Source of the DNA: Trichosphaerium sp. ATCC 40318 | Taxonomy: Eukaryota > Protista > Tubulinea | Length of the DNA: 64,000 nt | Assembly: GCA_038496445.1 (NCBI GenBank) | Contig: JALMLS010000140.1 | Span: forward strand, 31,546-95,545 | Reading direction: 5' to 3' | In this document: piece after piece, positions 14,124 through 26,274 of the stretch | Numbering within the stretch: position 1 is the first letter of the stretch | Layout of the letters: each line of letters starts with the position of its first letter | Made by a program: the position numbers and the translations under genes | The notes under the pieces: model-generated | Seen by the model: only the letters and a program-made list of their open reading frames with translations | What the model was told of the DNA's origin: nothing | Databases searched by the model: none

Positions 14124-14466
14124 CGTATATTTGGTATTATTTAATGCCAAAGAAACTGACTTAATTGCAGCCTTATCCGCTTTGGGAGCTTCGTATTGTC
14201 CCCAAAAAAACAATATTGGTATGATATCGAAACGACACCAACAATTGAACACGTGTGCAAAGAAAATTGACACTCTTTTGGGAATGATATTTTTTAGGCA
14301 CTTTTATTAATTTTAACAAAGCTGTGTCCAAACATTTGTTTATGCATTGAACACTGGACAAAGATTAATACTAGCAATTGTACTTTACCTGACTACATCT
14401 AACAAGGAATCAAGTTTTTGCAATAGTCAACAAGTTTAATCCAACTTTTCAAAAAGTCAGTCTGGC

Positions 14467-17090
14467 TTAAAACCAGGAACTGCTCTCTTTTTCATAACCC
14501 TTCTTGTTGGGAATACTACAGTTGCTTATTAGTATGTTAAATTGTACATCCATATGTTGAAAGTGTTTAAAAACGAAAATGAAAAATCGGTAGCATAAGT
14601 TTAAAAAAAAAACATCAAAAAGTGTACTACTCTACTTACTGTTTGATATAAAGTATACTCTTATCACAACCCCTTGAAAGGCTAATTGCTTCACACGAGT
14701 ATATTGTCTCATATTCTTTATCATCTAAGCTGTACTTCAAGTTAAACAGCACATTTCTTTTTAGTAGTTCATCAACAAATGATACAGAACAACGACAATA
14801 ATCAACCTTGTAGCTTCTAAAATAGGTGAGGTTAGCGGTATAGAAACCGATGGGCCGCACAGTATAAATCCTTCAAAGTACACTTCACCTGAATGAGTAC
14901 CCGGCTCATACTCTCCCAAAGCGCACTGTTTTGTAGGTGTGTTGATTTTTTGTGAGCAAGCTTCTCCATACAAACTTGATTCAGAACGTAAAGTATCAAT
15001 GGATACAATTGGACCCCATCTTTCATGCCAGTACAAGTCTTCAGGTTTGTAACATGTCAACAAGTACTGTGCAAAGTATTTTGGAAGCTGTGATGCATAT
15101 TTACGTGCTGAATCAGGAAGAGATGAAGCTTCTATAAATAAAGTTAATTGGAATCTTTAGTACAAACAGTGCAAAATACATACGAGCAACAAGCCATAAG
15201 TCACATGGTTCTAGTCCTATTGTTTCCTGGTTTTCTTCAAGAATATTGAATATCTTACGAGGAAGTGACATTGGACCATTAGTCAATGATATCAATTTCT
15301 TTAATGAGCCAATCCATTTCAAAATTTTACTGCTGATTGGTTCTCGTTCCACAACTGACGGCAATAGATAATGACATAAAGATATTGAACTACGAATATT
15401 CCAGATACAACTGCAAAATATTTTTTCTTGACCATCCTCGCAAACAAACTGCGAACTTATTAATGTTAAATGCTGCTAAATGGTTTGTACCTGACCCAAG
15501 CGAATAAGTACACCACTTATTGCTTTAAAAGAATTTAGCTTTTTGATTTTGTCAAGAGAAGAGGTTGAGAGGTACTCAAGAACTATGAGAAGAGACTCAA
15601 GTGTTTCACCTTCCAATAAAACAAGTTGATAGATGTTTTTGTCATTCTTGAACTTGGTGAATTGAGTCTTCAAGTACCTGGTTGTAAGATTAAGTTTGCT
15701 ATTGTATAGTGAGGTACGTACTCGCAATTAGTTCCTAATGCATATTTTGATCCTCTCACTTTCAGTACAGGCTCTGTTTTGTGGAATATGACAAAGGTAA
15801 TATCACATAAAGATGAATCTCCGTTTGTCAAGTATTTCTGTTCAACATCAATGTCTCCTGCTCTAATAAGCGTATCAATATAAAGACATGGATTAATTTA
15901 GACTTGTACATGAGTCTTTCCATTTGTTGATCAAGTGTTGGTTGGAATTTAACAATGGTATTTCGAGGATTGCCTCGTTTGTGTCCTTGCATCACAACCC
16001 AAACAAATTCAAGATTACCTTTGCTCACTTGCTTCGATCCACTACTCTCAGCAACAGAAAGAGCCAGTGTGAATATATTCAGAATCACATTACACATGAG
16101 AGTGTTGACACGTTTCAACGCATTCAATGAGATACTGTAACCCAAATCATCAACCTCTGATAGAAGCGCTATCGGATGAAATACTTTGGGACTTTTAATC
16201 TGTGTACGCTGGTAAAGAAATTAACAATGGTTACAGTACCTAGCAACGTACGTTTAGTGATTTTGAGATAGATTTGTACTCGTTGGCATCAATGTTCACG
16301 TCTCCCAGTAGACTCACTCGGGTTACTGAAGTTTCCAAAATACTTGACTTTTTTTTGGGTGGATCTGAGGGCGAAGGTGGGTAACGTGTTGGATACTCTT
16401 TAGCAAGTTGATCGTATATGTCAATCACAGATGGCTCTTGGATAACCGTGTTTGATTTATTTGTCGATTGTTGACGTTTCAACGCATTCAGCAGTATACT
16501 TGATACAACAGTTAATCTTAAAAAAAATCTAAAAAAACTTACACAGATAGCACTGTCACGGTCATGTCACGTGCGTATTCAAAGAATCCTGCAAGTGTAA
16601 ATGTAATCTTAGCTTGAGTCGCAAGTTGCTGAAGCCCCAAGTGCATCCAGAAATCGGGTGTAGTTGAGCAATTCGAAAACAAATCTTGACATGATAATGT
16701 TTTGTTCAAACTTTTTGTCGCTTCGCTCTGATGTATTAAATAACGCTTCGTATGTTCGAATAGAGCGAGATCGCGCTTGTTGTAGACTTGTTTTGGTACA
16801 AAAGGAAGAGAAACTTTCTTTTCCCTTGATAGGCGTTTTAACTCATCTCCCCGGCATCTTATATACTCGTGCCACTTGAAATTAGCGTCAACGCGTTGTT
16901 TATATTTCGTTGAGACCGAAGAGAAGCATATGAGGTCTTTAGGCGGTAAATGTGATAGAATTGCGTTTAAACAGTGTGTTGGTAGCGTCTGGAAGAAGCA
17001 TGTGCAAATACTTACCCAATTCGCGTCTATCAGCAGACTATGTTAGCACAACCTATGGTATTAAAGCGTACTTGGGTTCCTCTTATACAT
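14467..17090 (-). CDS. F-box / histone-fold / BTB protein, copy 4
   Basis: MYKRNPNANWVSICTCFFQTLPTHCLNAILSHLPPKDL...; same domain order and introns. The 3' end assumes a final intron; otherwise the stop is at 14636. Confidence 0.85.
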
Positions 17091-17201
17091 ACTCGAGAAC
17101 CTGAGGTGTTTTGTAGACTCTAAGAGAAATAAGGATGTCAACTGCCGTCCTCTTATTTATTCCCACGCGTGAAAGGAGTACTAGATCGTGGTAACGTAGA
17201 A

Positions 17202-18001
17202 ATGGATGACGGTGTTGTTTCTAGGTTACTAGAAGATGGATTAGATCATTGCGATCGTATAGCAAAAGAAGCAGGTATAATTACGCTCTTACGCATTAAT
17301 ACGCACTAGGAAACGGATATAACGCTAAATTTGTTTCTACGAATACTAAAACTTGTAGGCAAAACTCATGATGTCACAGTATCAAAAAAAGCGATACTTC
17401 TCGCGTTCAACGTGTGGAAGGTGCGTTAAATTGATTTATAAATTATAAACTGCTACAACTAATCCAAATCAACAGAGACACGTCGGTAAGTACTAACTTA
17501 TACGTGGTATAACGTCCCAATACATGTTTAGATGTTTTCACTGACGACTTACAACAATTCACAACACATGCTAATAAAAAAACAGTAAGACCTCAAGAGT
17601 ACGTCATATTTTTTGGATATTCTCCGAAAAGTAGTATTTCCGCAGACAAAGTAAAAAAAACCTTGTTTGGATTTGTAGTTTTTATGGTTTTAGTTATCAC
17701 GTGATATTTTTGCTTAAAATTTGTAGTGTTCTTTTATGCACACGAAGAAACCGTGATGAGGTACCAGATGTGTTTAGTAAAGGCTGCAAGCTTACCTTTC
17801 TGTTTTTGTAATAGCATGAGATGCTGCTAGAGTTAAAGACAAATCTCGAAGAGTCCAAAGCATCCTCAAGGAAACGCAAAGCTGTACGTTTTTACTACAA
17901 TCAGCGCGACATGCAGTAGTTGTAATCATTGCTTTAACACGCACTAGGGCGGAGATACTGCTACAAGAAAAAAGGCAAAGGTCAAGGGTGTACAATCATA
18001 A
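17202..18001 (+). CDS. CENPS: CENP-S / MHF1 histone-fold protein (7 exons including a 10-nt micro-exon)
   Basis: Spliced product contains VSKKAILLAFNVWKRHVDVFTDDLQQFTTHANKKTVRPQDVLLCTRRN, matching CENP-S FSKQTIAAISELTFRQCENFAKDLEMFARHAKRTTINTEDVKLLARRS; basic C-terminal tail. Absent from the ORF track. Confidence 0.85.
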
Positions 18002-18572
18002 AGCATGTATTAATTTGTTAACAAACAGATTTCTAAAACCTTGTGTTGTGACGAGGCTCTGTTCGGACCATTAATAAACCCTCTTGTAATTTTACTTTGT
18101 GCCGCATTACTGCAACTTCTTATGATTGTGTCTATTACAATTTTCCATCAAGACATGGAGGATATTTATCTGTACACGTCAGATTGAGCGCAAGACTGGG
18201 ATCTCCTAGAAGATTTGATAGGACTTCTTGTACGTCCAACGCTTGTTCTACTTCTTTCATGTACGCTCATAATGCTTACGTGAATAGTTGTATGTCGCTA
18301 TCACGGGATGGTGTTAATCAGTACGCCTTTTCTAGAATTCTTGCAGTACTGTAAACTTCAATCAACTTTCACAGCTTTTTTGTAGTATCCTTAAGGTCGC
18401 TTCCTGAAAACTACGGACTACATACTTGATCTTCATTTCGTTATGGTTAAGGTGTACTTTTTTTGATCACGTGAAAAAATCCTGTAGCAGGTAAACTGAG
18501 TCTCTACTACAGCGAATAAATAGTAGTTTACTTTAACAATTTAGGTATAAAATTACAAGTGATTGTAGCGTC

Positions 18573-18935
18573 CTAGGCGCTAGCGTTGTTACAGGTTGTT
18601 ATGAAAGCGAGATTCATTTTGGATAGTTTTAAAGTTACTTTACCGTCACGATCTTTGTAGCAACGGCCCTTTGTAGATGTAATATCACCGAGAGGCTTCA
18701 TGTGTATTGAGAGTTTTGAGCGTTTCTGTTTGATGCACTTTGGTTTTGTAATACCACTCCCTTGCTTGTTCATTTGTATAAACGTCGATGCCTTTACTGC
18801 CTCAATCTTTGGTTGTATGTCTAGCGTGAAGTTTGAGAACAATGCAAACCTTGCAGTTGAGGCTGTTGATTCGAATGTATTGCATCTCCAACGACGTAAA
18901 TGTATGTGATAAATCTCCCTTGCTCTTCTACCCAT
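18573..18935 (-). CDS. Hypothetical basic protein (ORF only)
   Basis: 120-codon ATG-initiated ORF in AT-rich DNA; no recognisable motif; may be part of a spliced gene extending towards 18030. Confidence 0.25.
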   Translation of the reverse strand: MGRRAREIYHIHLRRWRCNTFESTASTARFALFSNFTLDIQPKIEAVKASTFIQMNKQGSGITKPKCIKQKRSKLSIHMKPLGDITSTKGRCYKDRDGKVTLKLSKMNLAFITTCNNASA

Positions 18936-19891
18936 ATTATTCCTTGAGAAATAAAATTTCAGACCACACAGTTTTGCACCATTTGTATCGAAACAGTTCA
19001 CAAGTGTTGTTGTTATTATAAAAACACTCTAACAAACACAAATACTGCTAACTAAAGAAACGAAAAGATGCTTCCCACGTGTACCAAGAGGTAATCTCAA
19101 TGAAAAAAAAAACTTGCAGTTTTCTTGTAGATACAAAAAATATTTTACGTGAAAAATGAAAAAAATAGGATAATCTGTCGCTTCTCTAACCGTTTGATGG
19201 AAATAGATATTTTTCGAAACTGCACAAACAAAAACTACAATTTGTGAGTAATTGCTATGACGTTGAGATATAGCGTCATGATAAAAACGTTTCAAGAAAA
19301 TCCGTTGACAACAAGTGTCAATGTGTCCTAATCCTTATTCTTTGGAATGACCACGTGTCTGTGCTATTGATTTCATGATTGGAAAGTAAAAAAGTTGTGT
19401 TTTAGTTACGAGTTTTGAGTTTTTGTAGTAGCTCCCTTTTGTGATTTTTTTTTTTTCTGAGAGTTACGAGTTATGAGTTTTTCTCAGTTCCTAATATACA
19501 TTGATACCACAGGCTACGTAAATATCACTACTGTAGTCTCTAGTTCGCTGTATAAAGCACAAAAAATAAAATGCGCTTTAAGCGTTTTCGTGACACCCGG
19601 AAACGTTCACAACTACCAAAATACGGCGACTTGGGCATCATGAAGATTCCTTGTTGGCCAAAACTGTACGAATGAATCTAACAACCATCCTGCAAGCAAA
19701 TGCACATGTAGTAGTTGATTGTAATGTGGTTTATATCCTTTGACAGGTGCTTACTAATCAATAAAATTCAGCTGAACTTGACGAGTTGACGCTCAAAAAA
19801 AGCGTCAAAAACACAAAAAAAGTCCACTATCTCATAAAAATCAAACAAAGAGGTCGCTTTTCATTCTGCTGGTTACAGTAATACGTTATTT

Positions 19892-21732
19892 ATGACTACT
19901 GTGTGGTTATATTTCGTATTACTGATCGCATTGTTATGTACCAGCGTAAAAAGCTGTAAACGTAAGAGAATAATAGCAATCGTTGGTCACGGCGAAAGAT
20001 ACGTAAAAAATGGAGGGCTTCCATACAATGAAGTATTGGCTGATTTGAGTACGTATTTACTCGCAGGGAGAGGTTTTACGTGTTTTATTGTACCTAACAA
20101 TGTAAAATAGCAAGCAAAAACCCAGAAATCGACAGCACTGATTATATAGACAAAGCAGGCGATTTATTACCAAGAGGGTTTCAAAGTTTAACAAGAGTCG
20201 GAGAACGGCTACGATTTACTTATGATACACTTGTAACAAACCTAAACAGAACGCATTTGGTCACGTCAAAGTACGAAATAATTACGCTGTCTTCACAGAG
20301 CGCAATGTTCCTTTTTTGTAACACGTACAAACAAAACTTCTCTTTTAGCACGAAAATTGGTGAGCAATCTCTTCAAGGAATAGTATTAGGATTATACGCA
20401 AGTCGTACGTTTATATTTTTGGATTGTTTTTTTAAATTGTTCGCTTATTAAAGTAATTTAGCACCAGTTACTGTATTTAACCATGAGTATGTTGTACTTG
20501 GAACAGGCGAAGAAATACCTGTACGCCTAGGAGGCTCTTTTGTTCTTTCTTCTTTGACAATTTTGGGAAACTAACTTAACATTGTTAGTACGATATCCTT
20601 CCAAAAGTATCAGCTCCATGGGAAAACTGTCCAAGGTTCGTTCAACATTGAAAAAAATTTGTTTGCTTTTATTTAATTAATTCTTCCTGACATGTCTCAG
20701 TATCTCTGCTTTCTATGAGAATATTGGCAATACTTACAACACATTGAATGATTCCAATAGGTCTTTATTTGAGGTAAGGACTATAATTTGGTGACACGTG
20801 TTACGTGTTTTAATTTCAAATTATAGGAAGAGTATCCAGTATTATTCCAAGAGTTCGTAGATAAATTAGAAGCTACCTATCCTGGATTGACAACAATTGG
20901 TGGTATACTTACAGTATACGAACTGCTAGATATTGATCACATATTTGGACGTCCTTTACTTGGTGATCTCTTCACATTTGAAGAGTACGAAAAGTATCAA
21001 CCACTAAAGTACAAAAAAAACCCAAACAAACAAAGTACAACCTCATCTTACAAATTGAATAGCGAAGCGGCCAGAAAGATTATTTCTACCTTACCAAACA
21101 ATGCTACACTAGAGGTAAGGATATAATTGGTTTTTTGGCGAAAGCTGTATTCTTTTCGTTTTTTCTTACAAGCTGCCCTAAAGGCTATGGCTGCTCCTGC
21201 TATTGAGCATCTTATGACGGAGATTGCCGATAATGCAACAAATACGTTGTTGACAATATACACAGTAGATGATTTAACTTTATCTACAATATACGCTAGG
21301 CTTATCGAAAATGGTACAGAGTACGTCAATGTCAATCCCACTACGCAGATCTTATGTCTCCTTACATTTGTTCCTTATAGCGTTCCACCACCTAAGACTG
21401 GTGAGGTTTTCCTTGTTGAGGTATATGGTGAATGCTCATACTCTGATGAGAGAGTATTCTCTGTCTCAATTGATGGTACAAGCCACTATGTTGCTGCATG
21501 TGGGCGTGATAGTCTGCGTTGTAACGCAACTGCGGTAATTTCTAAACGGTCTTCCTGCTCTGTGGATCACATGTACAGTGAAACGTGCAATACAACACAG
21601 AGTGGTCTACACGCTTTAGAGGCTTGGGATTGTTCTAACCCGGTGCTTACAGCAGAAAATGGAAATAGAAAATTAATGTTCAATTTACTGGTAATGTTGA
21701 TGGGGCTAGTGGTACTCTTCACTAGCATGTAA
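19892..21732 (+). CDS. Histidine acid phosphatase-like surface protein (signal peptide, hydrophobic GPI-like C-terminus; degenerate active site)
   Basis: IIAIVGHGER (RHGxR-like), GDLLPRGFQSLTRVGERLR, NCP, IYTVDDLTL (YSAHD-like), C-terminal LMFNLLVMLMGLVVLF. Confidence 0.75.
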
Positions 21733-22152
21733 AGCGCATAGAGCAGTAGAACCCCAGTTTTTTTTGTAGATTGGCGGGTTTTAGTAAAAAACACTCAAAA
21801 ATAAATATACTCCCTTGTCAATGGTGATACATCGCTTAGAAGCTTTCTTAAATACAAGTAGTGTCAACTCACTACTTCCTGATCTCATTCAGACAACGAG
21901 TAGAAGAAATTAAAAAGAAAAAATGAGACTTTTTTCAAGAAATCATTACATGAGTTATACAAGCTAGCAACCCCATAGATACTATTGCGAGACACCAAAA
22001 GTATCAAAATGACGTAGCTTTCAACGCAAAAGCGCCTTCAAAAGGGCAATGTAAATAATTTTATAAATTAATCAAACAATTAATACTACAAGTATATAAA
22101 CGTACGTATCAACATCACACGAGAAGAACGTTAACGTGAAAAAATAAGTTGA

Positions 22153-25100
22153 ATGCAAGAACACGCTTTGAACGTAGATCCTATCTACAAGTCGTTACTA
22201 GACAGCCAAGAGGAGAATGAGGCATTTCAAAAAGAGATTAGTGAAGGGATAGCCAGAGCTGAAATAGAATTAAAACGATTATCTCTAAGCCTAAAATACG
22301 CTAAAGCAGAAGAAACAAGGATAATTACAAGCATCGCTGAAAGAAAAACGACAATCGCGTACAAAAAACCGCTACTTTTCCTTGTTTCATACTCATACCC
22401 CTTATAGAGCAAACCTAGAGCACCTCTCACAAAATCATAACATACCACTTGACCAACCGTTCTCCCTGTGGGTCTTGTTGTCAGATGAACTCTACCTACA
22501 AATATTTTCTACGCTGGGTGCCACCGCTTTGTGCACTGTGTCACAGGTACGGCGTGATCACCAAAAAACAGAAGAATCGACTTTGTACCAAAAGTTTGTC
22601 AGTTTTCTTCTTGAATGCGGCTCAAAGCTGTTTAAAACCATTCTTCTGAGTACAGAGTATGCGTCAGAGCTAATTATATTCGTTTAGGTTTGTTCTGGAA
22701 TGAATAAAATCGCAAAAGATAACTCTTTATGGCACAAACTACTACGGAAGGAATTCGTACCTGTACGCTCATTTTCTCCTTACAATGTCATCGTATTTTA
22801 CTTCTAAACTACTCAATCTCTAACACATTACTACTACAGGCTGATCAACTCATTAAAGCGCCTAAAACAATAGCTTTACCTCCTTTATACAATCTATATA
22901 AGGATTATTATCGTGACAAGCTATGGGCACATAAATTAATTGTATCTGATGCTAGTTATTTTTCACATACTTCAAAAGTGACACCACATATCGTTTCTCT
23001 TCTTGAAGCGCATGCCAGTACCACTTTAAAAAATGTAAGTGGGGAGTGCTTATTGTTTTTTTATTTTATTCTTTTGTTATGAGGATAACTGTTAATCTCT
23101 TTGCGTGTAGGGTGATACAGAGACGTATGACAAGCTTTTTGTTCAAACTTATGAATTTTCTCAACAAATGAACAATGGTACGTTCTAGTTTGATTAGTGA
23201 TAGCGTAAATATAGTAAATTTATTCGAGTATCTCAGTGGATATTTATTTTGTAGATATCATATTTGCAAGCTTTGTTTTGTGGCTTCTCTTCGTACTCAC
23301 CTTTGTGTTAGCTATACAAGATCGATTTCGTACAATAAACTCGTTCGAGGAGTGGGGAGATAGATTATGTGAAAAAGCAACGAAAGGTACATGAAGTAAC
23401 ATGACACGTGATAAAACAAAGCGTTTTTTTTCGACATCTTGTTAAGCTGGATTATTTAGCGCCTAAAGAAGCCATACAAATATGGAATTTGGCAATTGAT
23501 AAGTATGATACGGCTCTATCTAACCATGAGCAACAGATGGGGAATACAGATGAAAGACCCAACTTCTCGCGTTACCTGAGAACTGTGCGAAAGCTTGGTA
23601 GGTTTTTTTGAGCATCTTGATTGAGGCATGAAACTTACTTTTTTGTCTTTAAGGTGCACAGCTTAATATCGAAGATTTTCGGTTCAATGAGGATGATTTT
23701 AATGTAGTAGACGGAAAACTAAGCATGTTGAACCCATATGAAGTGTTGACACAGCCTAAACGGAGAAAATTAATAAAGGAGCTTGGTCACGTTATTTACA
23801 AATTCGCACTCACAAGGTAAGTGTGGATACTTTTTAGTTCTTTTTTTTTTTCATTGAATTGTTTTTTCGTTTTAATGGTAATGTGTGTTAATGGCGTTTT
23901 GTTTAGTGAACGAGAGACACGCTTAAATATACAAGTAAAAGTACCTCCTCACTTTTATGATTACACAAGGAAAGAAACTATGAAACAATCGATTGAATTT
24001 AATTCACTTACAAATTCTGAAGAATTTGTACCAACAACTACTACAGGTACCTACATTTTCTCTTTTAGATGTTATTTATTTTTTTAAAAGCTCTTACCTT
24101 GTTGTTAGCATTGACGTTACCTTCATCACCTGATTCCTTTAACTTCTCGCTTGGAAATTCTCAAGGAAGTCTTGATGCTTTTAATTTTGGAAACATTAAT
24201 GCATCTCCAGAACGTGATTATAGCAATCATAGATGTGTTCAAAGAAGGCGTAGAAAACGTCGTACTAGCCATCAAAACTATATGGTACAACATACCAATA
24301 GCGTCGGAAGCGCAGTACCTTGGGTTGGTATGTAAAGCTTATTTTGTTCTTTTCTGGGTTGAATCTCGTCTCTTCCGAGAATAACTTTTTTTAGTGAATA
24401 CTAACACTTCATCTCCACCAACACCATCTCCATCTCCTCTTGAAGGTATGTCATTTTAATGGACTCCACTCTTTAACATCTTTTAGTTGATAACGGTTTG
24501 GATTGGAGCAAGCTTGGTTCTGTTATACGTCACACTGAAGTATTATTGAAGCTTGGTTTTGCACATTATAAACGAGGACAGTTACTCATGGTAAGCGTAT
24601 TCATTTCTACTAAAGGTGACTCAATACTGATGTGTATATTTGTAGGCTAGCAAACCAAAGAGCCCTAAGAAGTCACTTGAATCCTTCAAGACAGCAAATC
24701 GTCTCATGCATACAGTAAGACAACATTTTTTCGGTTTTTTTTTTTGATTGTTTGACTTACATTTATTGCTGTAGTTGTTGGCTACCATGTCAGTCTTACC
24801 TGGTCACTTAATGCCACACAATGATTATTATTGTCCTTGTTGTGGTGTTCAAGTGACTGAGAGCTTTGCTCAAATGGTTATGCGTATACAAGGATGTGTT
24901 TATGTACAAATTGCAGAGATTTTGTTAGAAAGCCAACCTGGATACTTTGATAAGAGTCATCCACTTGCAGGAGATTCATTAGATGATTTAAAGAATAAGA
25001 TATTACAAAAAGAGAGAGAACGTGAGCGTATGAAACGTAGTCGTGGTAGACGAAAGAATGTACGTTATCACAAAGACACAAAAATTTTTTAATGAAAACT

Positions 25101-25890
25101 TGAATGATCACCTGAACCTCCTGACTCTTTGGCCAAAAGATGATACAATTCTTTTAAATATTGATCAGTGTATTACCTTAATCGGTTTGATCGTCTGTCT
25201 ATTGCATAGACATCTTGTATTAAGAAGGTTTAACTTTTTTTAGAAGAACCAAAGAACAGAACAAAAGGCTTCTATTGTTGAAGATATTAAAGCACTAAAG
25301 AAGCGTTACTTGACAGAGAAATGTTTTGAGAAGGGAGCTATATTATTCAAGCAACTACTTGATCTTCTAGCACAACAAAATCAACATTACATTCTATTTG
25401 TAATATCAAGACTTTACAGCATTTGGGTGCGTAGTTTCTTAAAAAATTCCTCTTCTTATAAAATTCCGCATGCACGTGTAGTTCACGCTGAATATTTTTC
25501 AAAACCTGTCTCTACGCGCGTAGACGGATTTTACTTAATTTTTTTCGCTCGTGTCAAAAAGTCACGTAAAAGTCACGTGACTTTTTTTTGTGTTTTTTTT
25601 TGTGCTTATTTTTTTATGTTTAGCGTAAAGAACAGCAGTGTCTTTGGTATTTATCACAGTACCTTGCACTTCCTACTACAGTTTCAGCTCATCTTGATTT
25701 TGAGAGCTTCGATTATGTTCGTAGTAATCGTCATTTTAAACATCTTGTTAAACAAGCATCACACTACCCTCTTGATACAGCAGATAGATTTGAGTACCGT
25801 TATGGCACTCCAGTTGCTTCAGCTGCTGTATTAAAGCAAAGAAAACGTATTAAAGCCTGTAGACGGCCAACAAGAGGGGTAAATCAATAA
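22153..25890 (+). CDS. F-box and TPR-repeat protein
   Basis: F-box LWVLLSDELYLQIFSTLGATALCTVSQVCSGMNKIAKDNSLW; TPR-like helices; C-terminal ISRLYSIWRKEQQCLWYL...DFESFDYVRSNRHFKHLV; multiple GT-AG introns restore frame. Confidence 0.75.
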
Positions 25891-26274
25891 CACTGAGAGT
25901 GACAGTAAAAGAAAAGGAAAAGAAAATAATCAAAAAAAAAAAAGAGTAAAACAAAAACACAATGTAAATACGTTTCAAAATAAACAAAAAAGAACATTCT
26001 CAGAACACTAGCATAAATATGTATCATTTCTTGAGGTTACTACTTAAGTATGAACGAGGAATTGGCCTGTTAAGGACCCTTAAACCAGGCATTGAGGGCA
26101 TTTTTTTATTTAAAGTATTTCGTTTATAAGCAAGTAAGGTGTTGTTGATTAGCTACAAAACCATGAATAGAACTATCATCCTCAAGTAACCTGTAAGTAC
26201 AGTACGTACTATAAAAGCCCAATACTTATTGACCGTGACAGATAGACACCTACAAACGCTGTTAATACAAAGAT

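Noticed and set aside
868-16140. Recurrent antisense ORFs (MVFRGLPRLC..., MLINRWLEF...)
   Set aside because: They are shadows of the near-identical histone-fold exon on the opposite strand, repeated only because the DNA is repeated.
19404-19482. Direct repeat agttacgagtt(t/a)tgagttttt x2 as CRISPR-like or satellite
   Set aside because: Only two ~20-bp copies in a eukaryotic spacer; no array and no cas genes.
19733-19741. Perfect U12 donor ATATCCTTT
   Set aside because: It lies in intergenic or acceptor-like context with no supportable exon upstream and no AC acceptor model.
25680-26100. Minus-strand small ORF / antizyme-like frameshift or C/D snoRNA
   Set aside because: 25620-25890 is explained as the last plus-strand exon of the F-box/TPR gene; there are no antizyme ORF2 motifs.
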